Assembly: GCA_017532155.1 (NCBI GenBank)
Contig: JAFXJP010000011.1
Location: forward strand, 1-31,470
DNA length: 31,470 nt
Direction of reading: 5' to 3'
Origin: Clostridia bacterium
GTDB taxonomy: Bacteria > Bacillota > Clostridia > Christensenellales > Aristaeellaceae
In this document: positions 1-5,952 of the stretch, piece after piece
How the letters are laid out: every line of letters begins with the position of its first letter
Numbering within the stretch: position 1 is the first letter of the stretch
The notes under the pieces: model-generated
Told to the model about the DNA's origin: nothing
The model's input: the letters and a program-made list of their open reading frames with translations, nothing else
Databases searched by the model: none
Made by a program: the position numbers and the translations under genes

Positions 1-102
1 ATAAAATGCCTTCCCCTCGAGGGGAAGGTGGGGCGCAAAGCGCCTCGGATGAGGTGTAGCCAGCCACAGCTGGCGTTTCTCATTCCGCGCCGCAGCGCGA
101 AA
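1..102. repeat. Array of short perfect stem-loops at the window edge (truncated), continuous with repeat core copy A
   Basis: Perfect 20-nt palindrome CCTTCCCCTCGAGGGGAAGG (9-28). GGCGC-AAA-GCGCC (32-44). GCCAGC-CACA-GCTGGC (59-74). Same style of GC-rich triloop/tetraloop hairpins as 20599-20886. No credible ORF. Confidence 0.6.
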
Positions 103-353
103 CCCGCTCGTTTTTTCCGCAGAAAAAACGGCGACACTAACGCACAAGTCACCCAAGCGGCAGTCCGCGGAGCTACGCTCCGCGGGTTTGCTTTAGCAAA
201 CTGAAAAAGGAGTTGGAAGCCGAGGGCGAGCTTGCTCGCACACCGGATTCCAACCCCTTTTTTATAAAACTGCCGCAACTAAACAGCAGCCAACTTCCAA
301 CGCCCAACGCAGGTTCTTTGGTACTTTCTTGACACAAGAAAGTACCGTCCTCC
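103..353 (+). repeat. Interspersed multi-hairpin intergenic repeat, core copy A (~250 bp); partner copy B at 20887-21138, same orientation
   Basis: Collinear by eye with 20887-21138 from CCCGCTCGTTTTTTCCGCAGAAAAA to GGTACTTTCTTGAC.CAAGAAAGTACCGTCCTCC. Shared hairpins: CCGCGGAGC-nnn-GCTCCGCGG (165-185), GTTTGC-loop-GCAAAC (186-201), long nested hairpin (204-263), GGTACTTTCTTG-nnn-CAAGAAAGTACC (320-346). Ends 12 nt from the stop codon of the minus-strand gene at 365. Confidence 0.85.
204..263. terminator. Bidirectional intrinsic-terminator-like long hairpin embedded in repeat copy A
   Basis: AAAAAGGAGTTGGAAGC ... GATTCCAACCCCTTTTTT with inner palindrome GCGAGC-TT-GCTCGC (226-239). A-run on the left and T-run on the right give a U-tract on either strand. 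First U-tailed hairpin downstream of the minus-strand gene ending at 365. Confidence 0.55.
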
Positions 354-364
354 TCTCCCCCGCA

Positions 365-1519
365 TCAGCCCTCCAGCTCCGCCCTGACCACGCCAATATT
401 GTTGGTCAAAATGCAGTCAATGCCAATATCCATGTACGCCCTGGCCTCCCTGGCGCTGTCTGCCCAGAAAAGGTTGCAGATCAGGCCGTTGGCGCGCGCC
501 TTGTCGATCATCGCCTGCGTCGTCAGATTCTTGCAGAACTGCACCTTTTTGCAGCCGTATTCCAGCGCATGCTCCACAATGGTAAAGTTCATGTGTCCCT
601 CCAGGCAGCAGCGGGCAATATCCGGCGCCATCTCGCGGGCGGTAAACAGCACGTCCTTTTCGCCGGCAATGTACGCCTGCTCGCGGCACTTAAAGGCGTC
701 CAGCGTGTCCAGGATCTTCTGAAAATCCTTTTCGGGATAAGGCAGCAGCGGACGCTCTTCATAGGCGGCCACCACATGCTCAATGCCCGCCGGCAGCGGC
801 GGGAAGGTCTCGATGTGATTGTTGTAGAAGTTCGCCCATTCGCGGCTGCGCTGGCTCATCACTTCATTTTTTACTTTGGTGCGCGTGGGCGATTTGATGT
901 GAATGTTGAAGATCACCTTGCCGCCGAGCAGATCCAGCACCTCTTCGAAAAGCGGCAGCTTAGTCCCCTTGAAGGCCGGCGAAAACGCAACGCCCGCATC
1001 CAGCGCACGGATTTCCCTGGTGGTCATCTCGCTGATAACGCCCGAACCATTCGTCGTACGATCCACCTTCGGATCGTGACAGACAATCAGATCGCCGTCC
1101 TTGCTGGGCCACAGATCCAGTTCGATCTCATCCGCGCCCATGCTTGCCGCCAGCGCAAAGGCCGGCAGCGTGTTTTCCGGCGCGATAAAATTATAGCCGC
1201 GATGCGCGCAAAGACGCGGGAATGCCATTTCTCTGTCTGTTTTTATCTTCATTTCTGTCTCCTCTTCTGCCAAGTGCAGGTGCGCATTCTCCGCGCAGGC
1301 GTCCTCAAATACGCTGCGCAGCCCCAGCGAAAAACGCTCCATTTTTTCCGGCAGGCGCAATTCAATCGCCAGTTCCTCGCGCATATCCGTCAGGCAGTCG
1401 TGCAGCGCATCGAGATTACGCCCATAGTACGCAGGCAGCTGCAGCTTCTCCTGCAAATACGCATGCACCTGCTCGCGATCCTCCATCGCGCGCATATCCA
1501 GCACAATGCGCCTCATCAT
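365..1519 (-). CDS. Barstar-like RNase inhibitor domain fused in frame to a glycerophosphodiester phosphodiesterase (GDPD) domain
   Basis: 384-aa ORF. Residues ~1-85 match barstar by eye (LQLPAYYGRNLDALHDCLTD versus barstar [20 protein letters not shown]). Residues ~100-384 carry GDPD signatures (CAHRG, PENT, EIELDL, IVCHD). The ATG at 1519-1517 overlaps the TGA of the upstream RNase gene (ATGA). The SD GGGGAGGGA lies inside the RNase 3' end. Confidence 0.8.
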   Translation of the reverse strand: MMRRIVLDMRAMEDREQVHAYLQEKLQLPAYYGRNLDALHDCLTDMREELAIELRLPEKMERFSLGLRSVFEDACAENAHLHLAEEETEMKIKTDREMAFPRLCAHRGYNFIAPENTLPAFALAASMGADEIELDLWPSKDGDLIVCHDPKVDRTTNGSGVISEMTTREIRALDAGVAFSPAFKGTKLPLFEEVLDLLGGKVIFNIHIKSPTRTKVKNEVMSQRSREWANFYNNHIETFPPLPAGIEHVVAAYEERPLLPYPEKDFQKILDTLDAFKCREQAYIAGEKDVLFTAREMAPDIARCCLEGHMNFTIVEHALEYGCKKVQFCKNLTTQAMIDKARANGLICNLFWADSAREARAYMDIGIDCILTNNIGVVRAELEG

Positions 1520-2091
1520 GATCCCTCCCCATACAAAAGCTCAAAGCTCTCATAATGGTCATCGGTGTAATAGATCAGCCCGTCATTGGAAAATACGATA
1601 CGCTTGGCGCCGCGGCTGCTTTTTCCCAGCGTATCAATATCGCACTCGGTATAGGTTCTGCCGCTCTTTTTCGGCAGCAGGCCCTCATAATTGCCAAAGC
1701 GGTCGCCGCCGATACACTTGCCCGGCGCATATTTCTCCAGTCCGCCGCCCGGCCAGCCCAGCGCCTCGGCTTCCTTCTTGGTGATAAAATTATCCGGCAG
1801 TCTGCCATAGGTGTGAATATACAGCGCCACATCTTCCTTGGATGTATAGCTGCCGTCTTCGTCAATCGCCGGCGCGGCCGTCGGCTTTTGCGTAGGCTTT
1901 TCCGTGGCTCTTTGCGTGGGCTTGCTGGTTGGCGCCTGCGTGATCACCTGTGTGGCAGGCGTCTGCGTTATCTGCGGGGTATTTTTCGCCGCCTCATCGC
2001 CGCCGCCAAAGAGCATATAAACAATCAGCAGAACGACCGCAAGCGCCGTTGTCAGAAAGCCGCCTTTTTTGCCTGTCTTTTTCTTTGTCAT
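1516..2091 (-). CDS. Barnase-type (microbial N1/T1 superfamily) guanyl-specific ribonuclease with N-terminal membrane anchor/signal and Thr/Pro/Gln-rich linker
   Basis: The C-terminal ~110 aa align by eye with B. amyloliquefaciens barnase (YIHTYGRLPDNFITKKEAEALGW, GKCIGGDRFGNYEGLLPKKSGRTYTECDI, RIVFSNDGLIYYTDDHYESF). Catalytic Glu, two Arg and the DHY His are present. N-terminus is KKKTGKK plus a hydrophobic helix, then TQTPATQVITQAPTSKPTQRATEKPTQKPTAAP. SD GGAGGG lies 6 nt before the ATG at 2091. Confidence 0.85.
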   Translation of the reverse strand: MTKKKTGKKGGFLTTALAVVLLIVYMLFGGGDEAAKNTPQITQTPATQVITQAPTSKPTQRATEKPTQKPTAAPAIDEDGSYTSKEDVALYIHTYGRLPDNFITKKEAEALGWPGGGLEKYAPGKCIGGDRFGNYEGLLPKKSGRTYTECDIDTLGKSSRGAKRIVFSNDGLIYYTDDHYESFELLYGEGS

Positions 2092-2123
2092 CTATATCCC
2101 TCCGTACTATATCGGTTTTTTCC

Positions 2124-2153
2124 ATATTACCACATCTCCCCGCGTTCTTTCAA
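2124..2153 (-). promoter_or_regulatory. Sigma-A-type promoter for the RNase/barstar-GDPD operon
   Basis: Minus strand: TTGAAA (2153-2148), 18-nt spacer, TGgTAATAT extended -10 (-10 hexamer 2129-2124). About 30 nt upstream of the ATG at 2091. Confidence 0.55.
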
Positions 2154-2172
2154 GAATGCACATGCATTTTGC

Positions 2173-2201
2173 TTGCTAAGATATGCAAATCATGGTACAA
2201 T
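2173..2201 (+). promoter_or_regulatory. Sigma-A-type promoter for the VTC/DUF4956 operon (back-to-back with the RNase promoter)
   Basis: TTGCTA (2173-2178), 17-nt spacer, TACAAT (2196-2201) with TG at 2193-2194 (extended -10). Confidence 0.55.
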
Positions 2202-2309
2202 GAAAAAGTCCGTGCAGCCATAATTGCACAATGTTTTATACATTGTTCACAGGCTGCTCACTTTTGCAATCTATACTGCAAAAAAGAAAACGCCTGAAAG
2301 GATGAGCGC

Positions 2310-2978
2310 ATGCGCCACGAAATCAAAACCCGCGTCACGGCCGCAGAAGCCCGGGCGCTGCGCATCCGTCTGTCCGCTGTCATGCAGCGCGACAAGCACG
2401 CGCTCGCCGACGGCACCTATGAAATCCACAGCGTGTATTTTGATACGCCCACCAACCGCGCCCTGATGGAAAAGCAGGTGGGCGTGCCCAAGCGCGATAA
2501 ATACCGCATCCGCTATTATAATGATAACCTTGAGCATTTCCGCCTGGAGTGCAAAAGCAAGATCGTCACCCTCTGCCATAAGCGCGGAACAAGCCTTACG
2601 CGCAGCGAGGTGGAAAAGATCTGCGCAGGCGAGATCGGCTGGATGCTCCACGATACGCGTCCGCTGGTGCGCGAATTGTATCTCAAAATGAAGCAGGAGC
2701 TCCTGCGTCCGCGTGTGCAGGTGCATTATGTGCGCGAGGCCTTTGTCTACGGCCCGGCCAACGTGCGCGTGACGCTGGACAGCGACATCCGCACAGGCGT
2801 TTACAGCCCGGACTTTTTGCAGGTGCAGCAGCCGCGTCCGCGCACGCAATCGCCGGATTTTGTATTGATCGAGGTCAAGTACGACGAATATCTGCCGGAG
2901 ATCATCCGCATGATCACCAACTGTCAGGCACGGCCGATGTCCTTTTCCAAGTTCGAGGCCTGCCATACTTATGATTAA
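2310..2978 (+). CDS. VTC-domain protein (polyphosphate-polymerase-type triphosphate tunnel fold)
   Basis: 222-aa ORF starting MRHEIKTRV, followed by SVYFDTP, KYRIRYYN, FRLECKSK and LIEVKYD strands. This is the alternating charged beta-strand pattern I associate with the VTC/CYTH tunnel family. It is immediately followed by a DUF4956-type gene, the usual bacterial partner. Confidence 0.7.
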   Translation: MRHEIKTRVTAAEARALRIRLSAVMQRDKHALADGTYEIHSVYFDTPTNRALMEKQVGVPKRDKYRIRYYNDNLEHFRLECKSKIVTLCHKRGTSLTRSEVEKICAGEIGWMLHDTRPLVRELYLKMKQELLRPRVQVHYVREAFVYGPANVRVTLDSDIRTGVYSPDFLQVQQPRPRTQSPDFVLIEVKYDEYLPEIIRMITNCQARPMSFSKFEACHTYD

Positions 2979-2993
2979 TCGGGGGACACAAAC

Positions 2994-3674
2994 ATGACAA
3001 ACGAAACCATCAGCAGACTTTTCACCAGTCTCTTTTTCCAGAAGGCGGTTGATTTTTCGCTGCCGGACGCGCTGCTGATCATGGCGCTGTCTTTCCTCAT
3101 CGGCCTGTTCATCGCCACGCTGTACCGCGCCACCTATCAGGGCGTGATGTACACGATGACCTACGGCGTGACGCTGGTAGCCATGACGATGGTATCGGCG
3201 ATGATCCTGCTGGTTGTCACCAGCGATGTAGTGCTCACCCTTGGCATGGTCGGCGCGCTGTCGATCATCCGCTTCCGCACCTCCGTCAAAGAGCCGCTGG
3301 ACATCATGTACATGTTCTGGGCCGTGGGCGCCGGCATTGCCATTGGCGCGGGCATGGCGGGCGTTGCCATTGTCGGCTCTATCGCGGTCGGTCTGGCCGT
3401 GCTTTTCCTCATCCGCGGTCGCCAGAACGGCGTGCCTTATATCCTGGTGCTGACGCTTGAAAACAAAGCTGCCGAAGAAGCTGCCATGGCGCTGGTGCAA
3501 AAATCCGTGCGCCGCTGCCGCGTCAAGTCTAAATCTGTCACCAAAACCGGCACGGAACTGACCATCGACATTCGCCTGAACAAGGACAACACCGACTTTA
3601 TGCAGGACGTCAGCGACCTTGAAGGCGTGATCAGCGCCGTGCTTGTCACCTACAACGGCGAATACATGACCTGA
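2994..3674 (+). CDS. DUF4956-family membrane protein with C-terminal soluble domain
   Basis: 226-aa ORF with 3-4 predicted TM helices and the SIIRFRTSVKEPLDIMYMFWAVGAGIAIGAG block typical of DUF4956. Starts 16 nt after the VTC gene stop. Confidence 0.7.
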   Translation: MTNETISRLFTSLFFQKAVDFSLPDALLIMALSFLIGLFIATLYRATYQGVMYTMTYGVTLVAMTMVSAMILLVVTSDVVLTLGMVGALSIIRFRTSVKEPLDIMYMFWAVGAGIAIGAGMAGVAIVGSIAVGLAVLFLIRGRQNGVPYILVLTLENKAAEEAAMALVQKSVRRCRVKSKSVTKTGTELTIDIRLNKDNTDFMQDVSDLEGVISAVLVTYNGEYMT

Positions 3675-3693
3675 TAAAATTTGCTTTTCCCTG

Positions 3694-3722
3694 TTGACAA
3701 CGTCGCTCAAACATGGTATTAT
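3694..3722 (+). promoter_or_regulatory. Near-consensus sigma-A promoter for tRNA-Val
   Basis: TTGACA (3694-3699), 17-nt spacer, TATTAT (3717-3722) with TG at 3714-3715. The tRNA 5' end is 24 nt downstream. Confidence 0.7.
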
Positions 3723-3745
3723 ATCTAATGTCGCAAGCGACGCAT

Positions 3746-3821
3746 GGTGCCATGGCTCAGTTGGTAGAGCACATCGTTCACATCGATGGGGTCATAGGTT
3801 CGAGTCCTATTGGCACCACCA
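3746..3821 (+). tRNA. tRNA-Val: tRNA-Val (anticodon CAC), CCA encoded
   Basis: 76 nt. Acceptor stem GGTGCCA/TGGCACC, D-arm GCTCAGTTGGTAGAGC, anticodon stem CATCG/CGATG with loop TT-CAC-AT, T-arm GGTTCGAGTCC, discriminator A and CCA at 3819-3821. Confidence 0.93.
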
Positions 3822-3827
3822 AATATA

Positions 3828-3853
3828 AAGCCACCCTTATGGGTGGTTTTTTA
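3828..3853 (+). terminator. Intrinsic terminator after tRNA-Val
   Basis: CCACCC-TTAT-GGGTGG (3831-3846) followed by TTTTTT (3847-3852). Confidence 0.8.
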
Positions 3854-3898
3854 TTTAGTATTTACAGATGAAAATCAAACGCTCCAACTCCCTGAGAT

Positions 3899-3933
3899 GT
3901 GAACACACATCGATGGGGCTCTGAGTCGAGCGC
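3899..3933 (+). other. Degenerate partial copy of the tRNA-Val 3' half (anticodon-stem to T-arm)
   Basis: CACATCGATGGGG (3906-3918) is an exact 13-nt copy of tRNA positions 3779-3791. It is followed at nearly the same spacing by TCGAG, as in the T-arm GGTTCGAGTCC. No acceptor stem, so not a functional tRNA. Confidence 0.6.
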
Positions 3934-3962
3934 AACGAGAAATAGGCTTACCAATTTCACAT

Positions 3963-3989
3963 TTGATAAAATAAAAAAACTTCTATAAT
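3963..3989 (+). promoter_or_regulatory. Possible promoter for the ECF sigma operon
   Basis: TTGATA (3963-3968), short 15-nt spacer, TATAAT (3984-3989) in an AT-rich intergenic stretch. The spacer is suboptimal and no ECF-type AAC/CGT motif was recognised. Confidence 0.35.
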
Positions 3990-4064
3990 GCTGTAACACT
4001 TTCCCTCATTCTGCAACAAACAAAGTGTAGAAAGCTTTCTCATTCCACGAAAGGAGGTGATACG

Positions 4065-4553
4065 TTGCTCTCGCCCGAGGAAATCTACAATGAGTACCGC
4101 GATATGGTGCAGCGGTATGTATATCGATTGTGCCGCAATCAGTCGCTCAGCGAAGAAATCACGCAGGAAACCTTTTATCAGGCGCTGAAAAGCTGGCATC
4201 GTTTCCGGGAAAACAGCAGCATCGGCACCTATCTGTGCAGCATCGCCAAGCGGCTGTATTACGCCACGCTGCGCAAAAAGCTGCCTGCCGAAGTACCGCT
4301 GAAGGATACCGACGCATCGGGAGATTTTGTCGATCAACTGATCCTCAGCGACCGGGCCATGACAGCGCATCACCTGCTGCACGCGCTATCCGAACCCTAC
4401 CGGGAGGTTTTCACGCTGCGTACCTTCTGCGATATGGATCACACGCAGATCGGCGAGCTTTTCGGCAAAAGCGCTTCCTGGGCGCGCGTCACCTATTACC
4501 GCGCCCGCATGATGCTCCTGGAGCAAATGAAGGAGAAAGAAAACAATGACTGA
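4065..4553 (+). CDS. ECF-type (group 4) sigma-70 family RNA polymerase sigma factor
   Basis: 162-aa ORF. Region 2 pattern YRDMVQRYVYRLCRNQSLSEEITQETFYQALKSW; region 4 pattern LSEPYREVFTLRTFCDMDHTQIGELFGKSASWARVTYYRAR. TTG start 7 nt after GGAGGTG. Confidence 0.85.
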   Translation: MLSPEEIYNEYRDMVQRYVYRLCRNQSLSEEITQETFYQALKSWHRFRENSSIGTYLCSIAKRLYYATLRKKLPAEVPLKDTDASGDFVDQLILSDRAMTAHHLLHALSEPYREVFTLRTFCDMDHTQIGELFGKSASWARVTYYRARMMLLEQMKEKENND

Positions 4554-5352
4554 TAACTGCAATATTATCCGCGATCTGATGCCGCTTGTCATTGACGAAG
4601 CAGCCAGTGAAGACAGCGCGCAGTGCGTCAACAGCCACGTTGATCATTGCGACGAATGCCGCATATACTATGACGGCATGAAGCACATGCACAGCAGCCG
4701 CAAAGCGCAGGAGGAGGAAGCGCGCACCTTTGCCCTCGCTGCCCAGAAAATGAAAAAGAAGCGCCGTGCGCGCATCCTGCGCAATATCGTCATCGGCATG
4801 CTGATCGGCTGCGTGCTGGCCTACGGCGGGCTGCTCGGCTGGTCGCACCTGACGATGGATTACACCCAGCTGATCTATTACGGTGAATACGGCGTGACGC
4901 TCAGCGAACTGAAGGACGGCTGGGTATCCGTCAACATCGATTATTACGGCAGTTCTCTGGTGTGCGGCGTGGATTTTGAAAAAGTGCAGGAAGACGGCAG
5001 GAATATCCTTTATATCTATCTCGAACGGCCCTTCATCAAACAATACACGATGAATCCGCACAACAATTACTCCTGCACCCGTCTGCCGCCAGAGCGCATG
5101 GAGAATCTTTACGAAATTCGCCAGGGCAAGGGCGATGAATACCTCGTGGTCTGGCAACAGGGTATGGATATCCCCGACGCCTCGGCGGAAATGGAGCAAT
5201 ACTTTGCCCTGAACGACGAATACTGGGATTTGTGGAACAGCCAGGATTCTACCCTCGACGGAAAGCTGATGATCCGCTCACAGGAAGAATACGAGCAGAT
5301 CGAGCTTCTGCGCGATCAGCTTCGCCAGATCACCGTTCCTGAGTGGCAGTAA
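4546..5352 (+). CDS. zf-HC2 anti-sigma factor, single-pass membrane protein with extracytoplasmic C-terminal domain
   Basis: 268-aa ORF overlapping the sigma gene by 8 nt. N-terminal H-x3-C-x2-C motif (SHVDHCDEC), basic stretch KKKRRAR followed by TM helix ILRNIVIGMLIGCVLAYGGLLGW, then a ~170-aa outside domain of unknown family. Confidence 0.75.
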   Translation: MTDNCNIIRDLMPLVIDEAASEDSAQCVNSHVDHCDECRIYYDGMKHMHSSRKAQEEEARTFALAAQKMKKKRRARILRNIVIGMLIGCVLAYGGLLGWSHLTMDYTQLIYYGEYGVTLSELKDGWVSVNIDYYGSSLVCGVDFEKVQEDGRNILYIYLERPFIKQYTMNPHNNYSCTRLPPERMENLYEIRQGKGDEYLVVWQQGMDIPDASAEMEQYFALNDEYWDLWNSQDSTLDGKLMIRSQEEYEQIELLRDQLRQITVPEWQ

Positions 5353-5403
5353 GGAGGCGTTATTCTGCCCACCTTTTCCATCATTACGCTGCTGATCGGC
5401 CTT

Positions 5404-5844
5404 GTGCTGATTGCCTGCCTTTCCGTGCTTTGCGCACAACAGGCCGACGGCAGCCGCGGGATTTCCCGCTGTGCTCTGCTTGGTTACATTGTAACCCTGC
5501 TTTATGTCACCGTGTTCAGCCGCCTTCCGGTGCAGGAGGTGCGCCTCCAGCTGATTCCCTTTTTCGAATTTAACCGCATCAAAGGCATCGGCTTTGTGGA
5601 AAATATGATCCTCTTTGTCCCCGCCGGCGTGCTGCTGCTGCTCAGCTTTTCCTGCCGCGCCCGCTTTGGCTACGCCTTCGGCTTTCTTTTATCGCTCGGT
5701 ATTGAAACGCTTCAGTTTATCTCGCACCGCGGCATTGCGGATATTGACGATCTGATTGCCAATACCCTGGGCGCAGCGCTGGGCACAGCTTTTTGCCTGA
5801 GCATAAAAAAGCTGATTTTTACCCTTTGGGGAGGGGAAATGTAA
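5404..5844 (+). CDS. VanZ-like family membrane protein
   Basis: VanZ blocks FFEFNRIKG..ENMILFVPAGVLL and GIADIDDLIANTLGAALG. GTG at 5404 is the track start. The hydrophobic in-frame stretch ILPTFSIITLLIGL upstream and a GGAGG at 5353-5357 suggest the true start may be a non-canonical codon at 5362 (ATT) or 5365 (CTG). Confidence 0.75.
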   Translation: MLIACLSVLCAQQADGSRGISRCALLGYIVTLLYVTVFSRLPVQEVRLQLIPFFEFNRIKGIGFVENMILFVPAGVLLLLSFSCRARFGYAFGFLLSLGIETLQFISHRGIADIDDLIANTLGAALGTAFCLSIKKLIFTLWGGEM

Positions 5845-5869
5845 AAACATTGAAAATACGGAAAAATAC

Positions 5870-5898
5870 TTGCCAAATTCATCCACATCATGTATAAT
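5870..5898 (+). promoter_or_regulatory. Sigma-A-type promoter for the OPRT-like gene
   Basis: TTGCCA (5870-5875), 17-nt spacer, consensus TATAAT (5893-5898). AGGAG RBS precedes the ATG at 5953. Confidence 0.65.
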
Positions 5899-5952
5899 AT
5901 CATCCTCATCAAATAACGCAATTGCATATTGCTGTGAACAGGAGCGATTGAT

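Noticed and set aside
329-1555. 408-aa plus-strand ORF antisense to the barstar-GDPD gene. The same class includes 4489-5199(-), 9178-9984(-), 10042-11394(-), 13361-14260(+), 13963-14907(+), 16165-16977(+), 17317-18267(+), 18098-18940(+), 21340-22239(+), 22630-23298(-), 25299-26525(-), 26732-27577(-), 27526-28767(-) and 28773-29423(-).
   Set aside because: Each lies opposite a gene with strong family motifs. All show the Arg/Ala/Gly/His/Gln-rich low-complexity composition typical of antisense frames in GC-rich DNA, and none has a convincing start context.
1866-1990. Short tandem-like DNA repeats (TTGCGTxGGCTT) inside the RNase gene
   Set aside because: They simply encode the repetitive KPTQ-type linker of the RNase, in frame. 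They are not an independent repeat element.
2271-3710. 479-aa minus-strand ORF covering the VTC and DUF4956 genes
   Set aside because: It is antisense to two genes with clear family signatures and proper RBSs. It crosses their intergenic spacer, its composition is His/Arg/Ala/Asp-rich and it has no motifs.
3854-4064. Possible integrase or mobile element next to tRNA-Val; also the minus-strand ORF 3957-4382
   Set aside because: No integrase, recombinase or transposase-like translation exists in any frame of the window. ORF 3957-4382 is antisense to the ECF sigma gene and its promoter region and has no motifs. Only the short tRNA relic is retained as an observation.
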